Positions 1 through 9,794 of a stretch of 27,330 bases of DNA are shown here, piece by piece. Each line of letters opens with the position of its first letter. The first letter of the stretch is position 1. The notes under the pieces were generated by a model. It was given only the letters and a program-made list of their open reading frames with translations. It ran no database searches and was not told the origin of the DNA. Position numbers and translations under genes: made by a program. Source of the DNA: Candidatus Coprovivens sp. (GTDB lineage Bacteria; Bacillota_I; Bacilli_A; RF39; UBA660); contig JBJFGS010000002.1 of NCBI GenBank assembly GCA_051892935.1, positions 1-27,330 on the forward strand, given 5' to 3'.

Positions 1-179
1 TGCTGCCCAAAATATGAAAAATATAGCAATTAAAAATGATAATGTAGGAAAGAAATCACTTACATTGTCACCAATTATATATAATTTCATAAAAATATTA
101 AAAAATATCATAAATTTAAACAAAAAAATTTATTCATAAGAAAACCTCTAGAAAAATCTAGGGGTTTGTCTACACTCTG
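1..179 (+). mobile_element. Right end of a probable IS1182-family insertion sequence (transposase C-terminus plus terminal inverted repeat), cut by the window edge
   Basis: The frame at 2..139 reads AAQNMKNIAIK...KIYS*, resembling the A-x-N-M/L-K-K-I/L-A C-terminal motif of IS1182 transposases. It is followed by a hairpin (142-167) and TTTGTCTACACTCTG (165-179), which resembles IS1182 terminal repeats. Family recognised from memory, not by search. Confidence 0.65.
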
Positions 180-180
180 T

Positions 181-208
181 AAAAGAATATGAAAATATTC
201 TTTTTTTA
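181..208 (+). terminator. Intrinsic terminator-like hairpin next to the IS end
   Basis: AAAAGAATAT-GAAA-ATATTCTTTT followed by a T run. Confidence 0.6.
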
Positions 209-248
209 ATACTTTCATAATATGATATAATCTATAAGGAGTGATAAT

Positions 249-1085
249 ATGATAGATATAATAGAATTTTTAAAAGCAATACTATTTGGTATTGTAGAAG
301 GGATAACCGAATGGTTACCAATATCATCAACAGGACATATGATTCTTTTAGATGAATTTATTCATTTAGGTGTAAGTGAAGAATTCTACAAGTTATTTGA
401 AGTAGTAATCCAACTAGGAGCTATTTTTGCCGTAGTTGTAATGTACTTTAAAACAATCTGTCCAATCGGTTTTGGCAAAAACAAAGAAGAACAAAAAAAC
501 ACTTGGAATTTATGGGGCAAAATCCTAGTAGCTTGCCTACCAGCAGCTATCATAGGAATCTTATTTGATGACTGGTTAGATGAACACCTATATAATAGTA
601 TAGTTGTATCACTAACACTAATAATTTATGGAATAGTATTTATTATTATAGAGTCAAAAAAATTCGGTAAAAGAGAAACAAAAAAATTAAATGATATTAC
701 CTACAAACAAGCCTTAGGAGTAGGTGCATTCCAATTACTATCATTAATACCAGGTACAAGTAGAAGTGGTTCAACCATTATAGGTGGACTTATCTTAGGA
801 CTAGAAAGAAGCGTAGCAGCAGAATTTACATTCTTCTTAGCAATTCCAGTTATGGCTGGTGCTTCATTACTAAAACTATTAAAATACATCTTAAATGTTG
901 GTTTTGTCTTCCAAGCTGGTGAACTATTAATACTTGGAATAGGATGTTTAGTAGCATTTATAGTAAGTATTTTAATAATAAAATTCTTAATGAGTTATAT
1001 TAGAAAACATGATTTCAAAGTATTTGGTTACTATAGAATAATATTAGGAATAATAGTTTTAGCATATTTTCTATTTTTGTCATAA
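249..1085 (+). CDS. uppP: Undecaprenyl-diphosphate phosphatase (BacA/UppP)
   Basis: GIVEGITEWLPISSTGH and PGTSRSGSTI motifs, multi-TM protein, AAGGAG RBS. Confidence 0.96.
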   Translation: MIDIIEFLKAILFGIVEGITEWLPISSTGHMILLDEFIHLGVSEEFYKLFEVVIQLGAIFAVVVMYFKTICPIGFGKNKEEQKNTWNLWGKILVACLPAAIIGILFDDWLDEHLYNSIVVSLTLIIYGIVFIIIESKKFGKRETKKLNDITYKQALGVGAFQLLSLIPGTSRSGSTIIGGLILGLERSVAAEFTFFLAIPVMAGASLLKLLKYILNVGFVFQAGELLILGIGCLVAFIVSILIIKFLMSYIRKHDFKVFGYYRIILGIIVLAYFLFLS

Positions 1086-1107
1086 AAAATTATTATAAAA
1101 CAATATG

Positions 1108-1134
1108 AAGTAAATCATCTCGATTTACTTTTTT
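1108..1134 (+). terminator. Intrinsic terminator after uppP
   Basis: AAGTAAATC-ATCTC-GATTTACTT followed by a T run. Confidence 0.65.
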
Positions 1135-1268
1135 ACATGATATAATTGATACGTATGAAATAGAGTATTGTATAAAAAGTAGAAAGGTAAGGGGTTAAAA
1201 ATGTAGTAAATAATTAATTTTAATATTAATTCAATTGTTAAAAAAGATAAAAACGTAGAGGAGTAAAA

Positions 1269-2408
1269 ATGAAACAAGTTGAAAATGAAAGATTAAGATT
1301 AATGGTATTTAAAAGTGCTTTAGAATTAGGAAAAAAAGTAGATGAGCACTTATTAGAAATGTATAACTTAGATAAAGAAGAATATACTTTTATCGTTCCA
1401 CTAAAAGAAAATTTTTTCCAAGATGGTCATCAAAAGGTAGAGATAATGGAAACAGTAAGAGGAAAAGACGTCTTTTGTTTAACAGATATTGGGAATTGTT
1501 CAGTTACATATAATATGCGTGGATTTACAAACCATATGAGCCCAAACGATTGGATGATGGAACTAAAAGATGGAATAGGAGCTTGTAATTGTCATACCAA
1601 AAGTATCAATATAGTAATGCCACTTCTATATGCTGGTCGCCAACATCGTCGTAAAACAAGAGAAAATCTAATGTGTGGTATGATGCTTCATGAACTAGAA
1701 GAAATGTGCCGAATGAAAAGCTTCATTACCTTTGATGCTCATGATCCAGGAGTAGAACATGCCCTTCACAATACAGAATTTGATAACTTCTTCGCCACAA
1801 ACGTTATCCTAGAAGAATTTATTAATAACTTAAATCGCGAAGAACTAGAACATCTAGCATTTATAGCTCCAGATAATGGAGCAGTAGGTCGAAGAGATGT
1901 TTACTTAAACTCATTTAATTCTACATCAATAGATCGTGAAGCTGGAAGCTTTATCAAAAAAAGAGACTATAATAACTTAGTAGATGGAAAATATCCAGTA
2001 GTAGAACATCTTTATAGTGGTAATGCAGACTTGACGGGTTATACAGCAATTGTTAGTGACGATATGATATCAAGTGGTGGAAGTATGTTCGATGTAATCG
2101 AAGAATTAAAAAAACGTAATGCTAAAAAAATATATTTATTTACTACATATGCTTTATTTTCCAATGGTATAGATAAATTCGATGAATACTATCAAAAAGG
2201 AATGTTTGACGGTTTATATACAACAAATTTATCATATATTCCAGAAGAATATAAAACACATAAATGGTTACATGTATGTGATTGCTCAAAACTATTAGCA
2301 GAAATAATATACAATATTCACAATGATAAATCTATTTCAGGTATTCTAAGAGATAAATCTCATCCTGTAAAAGTATTAGAAAAAAAATTCAATCCTAATA
2401 ATCAATAA
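1269..2408 (+). CDS. prs: Ribose-phosphate pyrophosphokinase (long form)
   Basis: ETVRGKDVF, MPLLYAGRQHRR, FDAHDP, APDNGAV and the PRTase motif IVSDDMISSGGSM; GAGGAG RBS. Confidence 0.9.
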   Translation: MKQVENERLRLMVFKSALELGKKVDEHLLEMYNLDKEEYTFIVPLKENFFQDGHQKVEIMETVRGKDVFCLTDIGNCSVTYNMRGFTNHMSPNDWMMELKDGIGACNCHTKSINIVMPLLYAGRQHRRKTRENLMCGMMLHELEEMCRMKSFITFDAHDPGVEHALHNTEFDNFFATNVILEEFINNLNREELEHLAFIAPDNGAVGRRDVYLNSFNSTSIDREAGSFIKKRDYNNLVDGKYPVVEHLYSGNADLTGYTAIVSDDMISSGGSMFDVIEELKKRNAKKIYLFTTYALFSNGIDKFDEYYQKGMFDGLYTTNLSYIPEEYKTHKWLHVCDCSKLLAEIIYNIHNDKSISGILRDKSHPVKVLEKKFNPNNQ

Positions 2409-2430
2409 AGAAGTAGAAATACTTCTTTTA
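2407..2430 (+). terminator. Intrinsic terminator after prs
   Basis: AAAGAAGTA-GAAA-TACTTCTTT. Confidence 0.7.
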
Positions 2431-2498
2431 TTGTAAAGTAAACTAAATAATTAAATAAAAACAATAATAATTTGTTAAAATAATATAGAGGCGATAAA

Positions 2499-3755
2499 AT
2501 GATTACACAAGATATTCAAAATAAAGCAAACTACTGCCTTAGTTGTATAAATAAGCCATGTACTAAAGGCTGTCCTTTAAAAAACGACATCGCAGGATTT
2601 ATAAAACTAATAAAAGAAGAAAAACTAGAAGAAGCATATCAATTACTAAGTGAAACAACAATCTTAGAAAGCATATGTGGAAGAATATGTCCTCATTCAA
2701 AACAATGTCAAGGAAGTTGCATAAGAGGTATAAAAGGAAAACCAGTATCAATAGGAGAACTAGAAACATACATAGGAGATTTAGCTATAAAAAACAACTG
2801 GGATTACTTTTCTCCAAAAAAAGAAATGAATAAAAAAGTAGCTATAATTGGTAGTGGTCCAGCAGGTCTTTCCTGTGCTGCATTCCTACGTAAACAAGGT
2901 ATACAAGTAACTATATACGAAAAACACGACTACCTAGGAGGTTTATTAAGACATGGTATACCAGAATTCCGTTTATCAAAAGAAACATTAGATCAAACAA
3001 TTAACAAAATAATATCTCTAGGTATAAATGTTAAGTTAAAAAAAGAACTAGGAAAAAATCTTTCTCTAGAAGAACTAGAAAAAGAATATGATGCAATATA
3101 TATTGCTATAGGAGCTAATATATCTTCTAAAATGAATATAGAAGGAGAAAATCTAAAAGGAGTATATGGCGGAAACGAGTTATTAGAAAATAAAAACTTT
3201 CCCGAATTAACCAATAAAATAGTAGTAGTTAATGGTGGTGGAAATGTCGCAATAGATGTTGCTCGTACTCTAAACAAACTAGGAGCCAAAGTAAAATTAA
3301 TATATCGTCGTTCCATAAATGAAATGCCGGCAGAAAAAGAAGAAATAATCCATGCTCAAGAAGAAGGAATAGAATTCCTTCTTCAAACCAATATAATAAG
3401 AATAAATGGTCAAAAAGAAGTAAAAAGCATAGAATGTTTAAAAACAGAACTTATAAAAGAACAAAATAGTGATAGATTAAAACCAGTTGATATTCCATCT
3501 TCAAATCACGAAATAAAATGTGATCATGTCATAATGGCAATTGGTGGTATTCCAGAAGAAGAAATAGTAAAGAAAACATCTCTAGAACTAGATAATAAAA
3601 ATAGAATAGTTATTAACGAGTATTATCAAACTTCAAATAAAAAAATATTTGCTGGCGGTGATATTACTGGTATTAAAAGTACAGTAGCATTTGCTGCTCA
3701 TAGTGGCAAAGAAGCATCAGAAAACATAATAAAATTTATAAAAGGAGAAATATAA
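2499..3755 (+). CDS. GltD/NfnB/PreT-like Fe-S flavoprotein (FAD/NAD(P)-dependent oxidoreductase)
   Basis: N-terminal CLSC..PC..GCP and CGRICP....CQGSC Fe-S motifs, GSGPAG FAD-binding motif, GGGNVAID NAD(P) motif, IFAGGD. Confidence 0.88.
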   Translation: MITQDIQNKANYCLSCINKPCTKGCPLKNDIAGFIKLIKEEKLEEAYQLLSETTILESICGRICPHSKQCQGSCIRGIKGKPVSIGELETYIGDLAIKNNWDYFSPKKEMNKKVAIIGSGPAGLSCAAFLRKQGIQVTIYEKHDYLGGLLRHGIPEFRLSKETLDQTINKIISLGINVKLKKELGKNLSLEELEKEYDAIYIAIGANISSKMNIEGENLKGVYGGNELLENKNFPELTNKIVVVNGGGNVAIDVARTLNKLGAKVKLIYRRSINEMPAEKEEIIHAQEEGIEFLLQTNIIRINGQKEVKSIECLKTELIKEQNSDRLKPVDIPSSNHEIKCDHVIMAIGGIPEEEIVKKTSLELDNKNRIVINEYYQTSNKKIFAGGDITGIKSTVAFAAHSGKEASENIIKFIKGEI

Positions 3756-4939
3756 TGCATAACTTTAATTATTACACACCAACCAAAATAGTATTTGGAA
3801 AAGAAACAGAGTATGAAGTAGGTAAACTAATCAAAGAACAAAAATGTCAAAAAGTACTAATTCACTACGGAGGAGGAAGTGTTATAAAAAGTGGTTTATT
3901 AAATCGTGTAAAAGAATCACTTACCAAAGAAAATATTTCTTTCGTTGAACTAGGGGGAGTCGTACCAAATCCACGCTTATCATTAGTGTACGAAGGGATA
4001 TCTTTATGTCAAAAAGAAAATGTCGACTTCATCCTTGCCGTAGGCGGTGGATCAGTAATAGATTCATCCAAAGCAATCGGTTACGGCGTAACAAACGATG
4101 GAGACGTTTGGGATTTTTATGACTATAAAAGAACTCCAAAAAGCTGTTTACCTATTGGAGTAATACTAACAATCTCCGCCGCCGGAAGTGAAATGAGCAA
4201 CTCTTCAGTTATAACTAATGATAATGGCAATATAAAAAGAGGTTATAGTAACGACTATTCAAGGCCAAAATTCGCTATTATGAATCCTGAACTAACAATG
4301 ACACTTCCACCATATCAAACATCATGTGGAATTGTAGACATCCTAATGCATACAATGGAAAGATATTTTACTAAAAATGGCACAATGGAATTAACAGACC
4401 ACCTATCTGAAGCTCTATTAAAAAGTGTTATGAATTATGGCAAAAAACTGATGGAAAACCCTTTAGATTATCAAGCAAGAGCAGAAATAATGTGGGCTGG
4501 AAGCTTATCTCATAATGGTTTAATGGGCTGCGGAACACTTGATAACGGAGATTGGTCTACCCATAAACTTGAGCATGAACTAAGTGGAATGTATGATGTT
4601 GCTCATGGAGCAGGACTATCTGCAATATGGTCTAGTTGGGCTAAATATGTCTATAAAGATTGTAAAGAAAGATTCTTAAAATTTGCCATAAACGTAATGG
4701 AAATTCCTTATATAAAAGATGATGACACAACAATAATTCTTGGTATAGAAAAAATGACAAATTATTATAAATCAATAAACATGCCAACTAATATTAAAGA
4801 ATTAGGAATAACTCCAACAGCAGAAGAACTAATAGTAATGTCTAAAAAATGTAGTAAAGCAGTCAATGGAACATGTGGTTCAATAAAAAAACTTAAAGAA
4901 CAAGACATGCTTACTATATATAAGAATGCCTTAAAATAG
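3755..4939 (+). CDS. Iron-containing alcohol dehydrogenase (butanol dehydrogenase/YqhD-like)
   Basis: PTKIVFG, GGGS, LAVGGGSVIDSSK, AAGSEM, metal ligands D..H..E and H...H...HG; TAATG overlap with the upstream gene. Confidence 0.92.
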   Translation: MHNFNYYTPTKIVFGKETEYEVGKLIKEQKCQKVLIHYGGGSVIKSGLLNRVKESLTKENISFVELGGVVPNPRLSLVYEGISLCQKENVDFILAVGGGSVIDSSKAIGYGVTNDGDVWDFYDYKRTPKSCLPIGVILTISAAGSEMSNSSVITNDNGNIKRGYSNDYSRPKFAIMNPELTMTLPPYQTSCGIVDILMHTMERYFTKNGTMELTDHLSEALLKSVMNYGKKLMENPLDYQARAEIMWAGSLSHNGLMGCGTLDNGDWSTHKLEHELSGMYDVAHGAGLSAIWSSWAKYVYKDCKERFLKFAINVMEIPYIKDDDTTIILGIEKMTNYYKSINMPTNIKELGITPTAEELIVMSKKCSKAVNGTCGSIKKLKEQDMLTIYKNALK

Positions 4940-4962
4940 TTTCTATTTTGAAACTATTTTTT
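4933..4962 (+). terminator. Intrinsic terminator
   Basis: AAAATAGTTTC...GAAACTATTTT followed by a T run. Confidence 0.65.
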
Positions 4963-5019
4963 AATTATTATGATAAAATAAATATAATAAATAATAATAT
5001 ATAAAAGGATAGTGATAAA

Positions 5020-5577
5020 ATGGATATAATAAACTACCTTCAATACAACTCTGTATTAATACTAACATATTTCTTTATTTGCTTAATTTCCTATATATTA
5101 AATATAATAAGTAGTGGAAAAACAAACGACTTACTATTCTCATCATACCGAAGTTCTTGGTTTAATCCATTAACTTATCTTAGATTATTTACCCATATAA
5201 TAGGTCATGAAAACTGGAAACACTTTTCTGGAAACTTTCTTTATATACTATTAATAGGACCTATGATAGAAGAAAAATATGGAACAATAAATCTTTTAAT
5301 AATGATAATAATAACGGCAGGTATAACTGGTATAATAAACTCATTATTTACAAAGAAAAAAATACTTGGAGCTAGCGGAATAGTATTTATGTTAATTGTT
5401 CTAAGTTCCTTTGTAAACTTAGAAACTGGCAAAATCCCAATAACACTTATCATGATATTTCTATTTTATATAGTAAATGAAATAATAGATGGATTATTTA
5501 AAAACGACAAAGTATCTCATTTAGGTCACCTAATTGGAGCTATCTGTGGTATAGTTTTCGGTTTCTATTTTAAATAG
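5020..5577 (+). CDS. Rhomboid-family intramembrane serine protease
   Basis: H...H..GN motif, GASG catalytic Ser, SHLGHLIGAICG catalytic His, multi-TM. Confidence 0.9.
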   Translation: MDIINYLQYNSVLILTYFFICLISYILNIISSGKTNDLLFSSYRSSWFNPLTYLRLFTHIIGHENWKHFSGNFLYILLIGPMIEEKYGTINLLIMIIITAGITGIINSLFTKKKILGASGIVFMLIVLSSFVNLETGKIPITLIMIFLFYIVNEIIDGLFKNDKVSHLGHLIGAICGIVFGFYFK

Positions 5578-5654
5578 CTATAAAATTTATAAAATTTTAA
5601 AATTTTTTCACAAAAATTTAACAAATGTAATATATACTTAAAGACGTAGGAGAA

Positions 5655-7001
5655 ATGATTAATATGACAAGAGAAAAAAAATATTGCCAAAATTGTAATA
5701 GTCCACTAACAATGAAAGCCAAATTCTGCCCAGAATGTGGAACAAAAATTGATGATTTAGAAAAAACACAAATAATAGAAAGCAAAGAAATAGATTCAGC
5801 ATTAACTGAATCCCCAAATGAACCTGAACAAATATTACTAACAGAAAATAAAACTATAGAAGAATCAATGAGCCAAAAAGAAACAATAATAATCGATGAA
5901 GAAGCAAAACTAAAAAAAGAAAATAAAAAATTAAGAATTAAAAAATTTATTTATCCAATTTTATCATGTGCTTTAACTTTTGCCTTATGTTTAGGAGCAT
6001 TTTCATTATTCTATAAATATTATCTAGAAAATTTAGTAATTGAAACAACCAAAAGAGAAGTAACAGTAACAGATGCCGGTATTGCTGAAGCAGTTAATAA
6101 AGTATATGATTCTGTAGTAGTAGTAGAATCTTACTATCGTGGCCAATTATATGGAACAGGAACAGGTTTTGTCTATAAAACATTAGATAATAAAGGATAC
6201 ATTCTTACTAATAATCACGTTATTGAAAATGCCGATGAAGTAAAAGTAGTTTTTACAAATAACAAGAAAGAAGTAGTTGAAATCGTTGGTTCAGATTCTT
6301 ACTCAGATGTTGCCTTATTAAGCGTTGATAAAGACAAAATAATAAGTGTTGCTGAAATAGGAAGTAGTGAAGCACTAAATGTTGGAGATACTGCCTTTGC
6401 CGTTGGAGCACCACTAGATTCCTCAACATACGCATGGACCGTAACAAGAGGAATTATCTCAGGTAAAGATCGTACTGTTGAAGTATCTTCATCAAATGGT
6501 TATTCATCTTCTATAATGGAAGTATTACAAACAGATACTGCAATTAATAATGGTAACTCAGGTGGACCATTATGCAACAGTAATGGTGAAGTAATTGGTA
6601 TAACAAACATGAAACTAGCTAGTTCATCAATAGAAGGTATGGGATTCGCAATTCCAATCGAAACAGCAGTTGAATATGCCGAAAAGTTTATATCAGGTGA
6701 AAACATTAAATACCCATATATTGGTGTAGCTATATATGATGCAACTGCATCACGTTATAGTACTGAAATAATTGGTGTATACATCGAATCAGTTGAAAAA
6801 AACTCACCAGCTGATAAAGGTGGTTTAAAAAGCGGTGATAGAATTCTCGAAGTAGAAGGAAAAGAAATAGCAAGTACAACTTACTTCAAACATGAATTAT
6901 ATAAATACGAAATAGGAGATACTATAACAATAAAAGTTGAACGAGATGGCAAAGAAAAGGACATCAAAGTAACACTTGGTACATCAAGTCCAACAGCTTA
7001 A
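5655..7001 (+). CDS. htrA: HtrA/DegP serine protease with N-terminal zinc ribbon, TM anchor and PDZ domain
   Basis: TNNHV, SDVALL, GNSGGPL triad motifs, C-terminal PDZ (SPADKGGLKSGD), N-terminal CQNC...CPEC. Confidence 0.93.
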   Translation: MINMTREKKYCQNCNSPLTMKAKFCPECGTKIDDLEKTQIIESKEIDSALTESPNEPEQILLTENKTIEESMSQKETIIIDEEAKLKKENKKLRIKKFIYPILSCALTFALCLGAFSLFYKYYLENLVIETTKREVTVTDAGIAEAVNKVYDSVVVVESYYRGQLYGTGTGFVYKTLDNKGYILTNNHVIENADEVKVVFTNNKKEVVEIVGSDSYSDVALLSVDKDKIISVAEIGSSEALNVGDTAFAVGAPLDSSTYAWTVTRGIISGKDRTVEVSSSNGYSSSIMEVLQTDTAINNGNSGGPLCNSNGEVIGITNMKLASSSIEGMGFAIPIETAVEYAEKFISGENIKYPYIGVAIYDATASRYSTEIIGVYIESVEKNSPADKGGLKSGDRILEVEGKEIASTTYFKHELYKYEIGDTITIKVERDGKEKDIKVTLGTSSPTA

Positions 7002-7026
7002 AAGATTGATTAATCAATCTTTTTTT
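7000..7026 (+). terminator. Intrinsic terminator after htrA
   Basis: Palindrome AAAAGATTGATTAATCAATCTTTT followed by a T run. Confidence 0.7.
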
Positions 7027-7077
7027 CTTGTATAAGAATAAAAAAAATATTAAAATAAAAATAGAATAGGTGATAAT

Positions 7078-7782
7078 ATGGTTAATAATTCAAAACAAGA
7101 TAAAATAAAAGAATTAAATTCTACAATCGACTCATTAAATATTGAACCAGATACCAAATACTTTCTATATAGAATTGAAAAAGGCATAATGGAATCACCA
7201 AATGGTCGTGTATATATAAATAATTCTGCTGACTATCAAGAATATATTTGTTTCAAAATACCAAATAATAAAGAAAATAATAGTATTCAATTCTGTATAT
7301 CCAAACGTTTCTTTGATGAAGCAAGTGCAACAAAACTTAATCAAAATGAATTTCCTACATACCAAGAGTTAATTGAATATATAACTGCTAATAAAGAACA
7401 AATAGAATCATCATTAAAAAGCATCGAATACTATGTATCAGAAAAAAAAGAAATACCTCAAACACCATCAATCATAAATACAATTAGAAGAAAAATAGAA
7501 TTAGCTCCTACACCAGAAATTAAAAAAGCAAGAGCTTTTGCTGTACTTGATGCCCTAGCATCGCAAGAAAAACAACGTATATATACAGTAAAAAGCGCTC
7601 AATACGAAGAATACATATCATTAATAAATGGTTATCTAACAGTAACAGAAAAAATGCTTGATTATAGTGGAGCAACTCAAGGTAAAAATGTCTATATATT
7701 AAAATCAAATAAATTAATCGATTATGTTCAAGAACATCAATCTGTCATTGATGAAAGTTTATCTAAACCAAAAAGATTATAG
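7078..7782 (+). CDS. Hypothetical protein
   Basis: 234-aa ORF with AGGTGA RBS and host-like codon use; no motif recognised. Confidence 0.75.
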   Translation: MVNNSKQDKIKELNSTIDSLNIEPDTKYFLYRIEKGIMESPNGRVYINNSADYQEYICFKIPNNKENNSIQFCISKRFFDEASATKLNQNEFPTYQELIEYITANKEQIESSLKSIEYYVSEKKEIPQTPSIINTIRRKIELAPTPEIKKARAFAVLDALASQEKQRIYTVKSAQYEEYISLINGYLTVTEKMLDYSGATQGKNVYILKSNKLIDYVQEHQSVIDESLSKPKRL

Positions 7783-7875
7783 TAATTAAAAAATTCTTCC
7801 TTTATATTATATAAGAAAATACCCCCCTCTTTACTTTTTTTTATTCAAGTAATATTATTTTACCAAGGTGGTAAT

Positions 7876-8157
7876 ATGGAAGAAAACAAAACATATCGTT
7901 CATATAACGATAAAAAAATAATAACAAATAGATTAAATAGAATAGAAGGACAAATAGTTGGTATTAAAAAGATGGTTGAAGAAGATAGACATTGTGATGA
8001 AATACTAATTCAACTACAAGCTGCCGATAAATCAATAAAATCACTAGCTAACTTAGTATTAGAAAAACACATGTATGATTGTGTAACTAGTGAATTTGAA
8101 AAAGGTAACTTAGAAGTTATAGATGAAGTCGTAAGTTTATTTAGGAGGTTTCAATAA
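7876..8157 (+). CDS. CsoR/RcnR-family metal-sensing repressor
   Basis: RLNRIEGQIVGIKKM, Cys in HCDEILIQ, H..DC (C-H-C ligand set); coupled to the CDF gene by TAATG. Confidence 0.9.
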   Translation: MEENKTYRSYNDKKIITNRLNRIEGQIVGIKKMVEEDRHCDEILIQLQAADKSIKSLANLVLEKHMYDCVTSEFEKGNLEVIDEVVSLFRRFQ

Positions 8158-9041
8158 TGAAAACAGAAAAGAATATTTTAATAGCTTTTTTACTAAACTT
8201 AAGTTTTTCAATATTCGAAATAATAGGAGGTCTATTTACCAATAGTATAGCTATTTTATCTGATGCAGTCCACGACTTAGGAGACTCATTAAGTATAGGA
8301 ATATCTTATTTTTTAGAGAAAAAAAGTAAGAAAAAACCAGACAATAAATATACATATGGTTATACTAGATACTCTGTACTTGGAGCTATCATAACTAATA
8401 CAATCCTTATAATAGGTTCTATATTTGTAATATATAATGCTATAATAAGAATAATCAATCCAGAAGAAATAAAATATAATGGTATGATTATATTTGCTAT
8501 AATAGGAACAATTGTTAATATAATCGCAGCAAATGCCACAAAAGAAGGAGATTCACTAAATCAAAAAGCAGTCAATCTTCATATGCTAGAAGATGTTCTA
8601 GGATGGATAGTTGTTCTAATTGGTTCAATTATTATGAAATTTACTGATATAACAATTATTGATCCAATCTTATCTATTTTAGTAGCTCTATATATACTAA
8701 TAAATGCTTCAAAATCATTTAAAAAGATTTTCGATTTATTCTTAGAAAAAACTCCAGAAGAAATAAAAATTGATGATTTTAAAAAACATATTTTAAATAT
8801 AAAAGAAGTAATAGATATTCACCATATTCATATTTGGAGTATTGATGGAACTAATAACTTTGCAACAATGCATGTTGTAACAGAAACAAAAGATCAAAAT
8901 AAATTAAAAAAAATTATTAGAGAAGAAGCCAACGAACATGGTATAACGCATATTACAATAGAAATAGAAGATGAAAATACAAAGTGTGAAGACCTTGAAT
9001 GTCATATAAAAAATGAAACCAAACATCATCATCACCACTAG
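8157..9041 (+). CDS. Cation diffusion facilitator (CzcD/ZitB-like) metal exporter
   Basis: SDAVHDLGD, YTYGY.R, HMLED, HHIHIWSI, His-rich C-terminal tail. Confidence 0.92.
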   Translation: MKTEKNILIAFLLNLSFSIFEIIGGLFTNSIAILSDAVHDLGDSLSIGISYFLEKKSKKKPDNKYTYGYTRYSVLGAIITNTILIIGSIFVIYNAIIRIINPEEIKYNGMIIFAIIGTIVNIIAANATKEGDSLNQKAVNLHMLEDVLGWIVVLIGSIIMKFTDITIIDPILSILVALYILINASKSFKKIFDLFLEKTPEEIKIDDFKKHILNIKEVIDIHHIHIWSIDGTNNFATMHVVTETKDQNKLKKIIREEANEHGITHITIEIEDENTKCEDLECHIKNETKHHHHH

Positions 9042-9058
9042 TATAAAGGAGAAAAAAT

Positions 9059-9772
9059 ATGAAAAATAATAAAAAAATACTAGGTATTATTGTTATAGCA
9101 GTTATACTAATCACTATAATCGTAATACTTAGTATAATAGCATTAAATCAAAAAGAACAAAATAGTTCTTTAAATACCACGATTCTAACCAAAGAATGGT
9201 CTCGCCAAATAGAAGGTGATACAGAATATATAAGTTTTTCTAAAGATGGTAACTTTAGTTATTTCTGTGCTTGTGGTAATTCAGTAGATGACTACGATTT
9301 ATGTGATACATACACTTATGATAAAAAAACTAATAAAATAACATTAAATTGTGATAGCTCCGATATCATAGATAAAATAACAATTGTAAAATCAACTGAA
9401 TATGAATTAGTTTTAGAGTTCAATGGTGAAACAAGAGAATTTCATTCAGAAGACTATTACCTACTAGAAAACCCTTTAGAATTTGCTGATATAGAATTTA
9501 AAACAATAGATGAAGATATTACTTTTATCTTCCATAAAGATGGAACATTTGAAGCATTTGATAACAAAGAAGGTGGCTTTCCATATTCATCAGATATATG
9601 TTTTACATGGACCTATGATAAAGAACAAAAAGAAATAAACTTAGAATGTAATGATGAAAAAGAAAGAACTATTAAAATAGTAAGTTATGACAAAGATAAC
9701 AAAGATTACGAATTAGAACTAAACATTACATACGAAAATAAAACAGTTAAATTTAATAGTATAGAAGAATAA
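9059..9772 (+). CDS. Membrane-anchored exported protein with two tandem beta-rich repeats
   Basis: N-terminal TM; internal duplication FSKDGNF...DLCDTYTYDKKTNKITLNC versus FHKDGTF...DICFTWTYDKEQKEINLEC. Confidence 0.75.
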   Translation: MKNNKKILGIIVIAVILITIIVILSIIALNQKEQNSSLNTTILTKEWSRQIEGDTEYISFSKDGNFSYFCACGNSVDDYDLCDTYTYDKKTNKITLNCDSSDIIDKITIVKSTEYELVLEFNGETREFHSEDYYLLENPLEFADIEFKTIDEDITFIFHKDGTFEAFDNKEGGFPYSSDICFTWTYDKEQKEINLECNDEKERTIKIVSYDKDNKDYELELNITYENKTVKFNSIEE

Positions 9773-9794
9773 AAGAAGTATTTAAATATTTCTT

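Noticed and set aside
7819-7830. ATACCCCCC tract as a CsoR operator
   Set aside because: Only a C-tract half-site with no matching G-tract arm at a suitable spacing.
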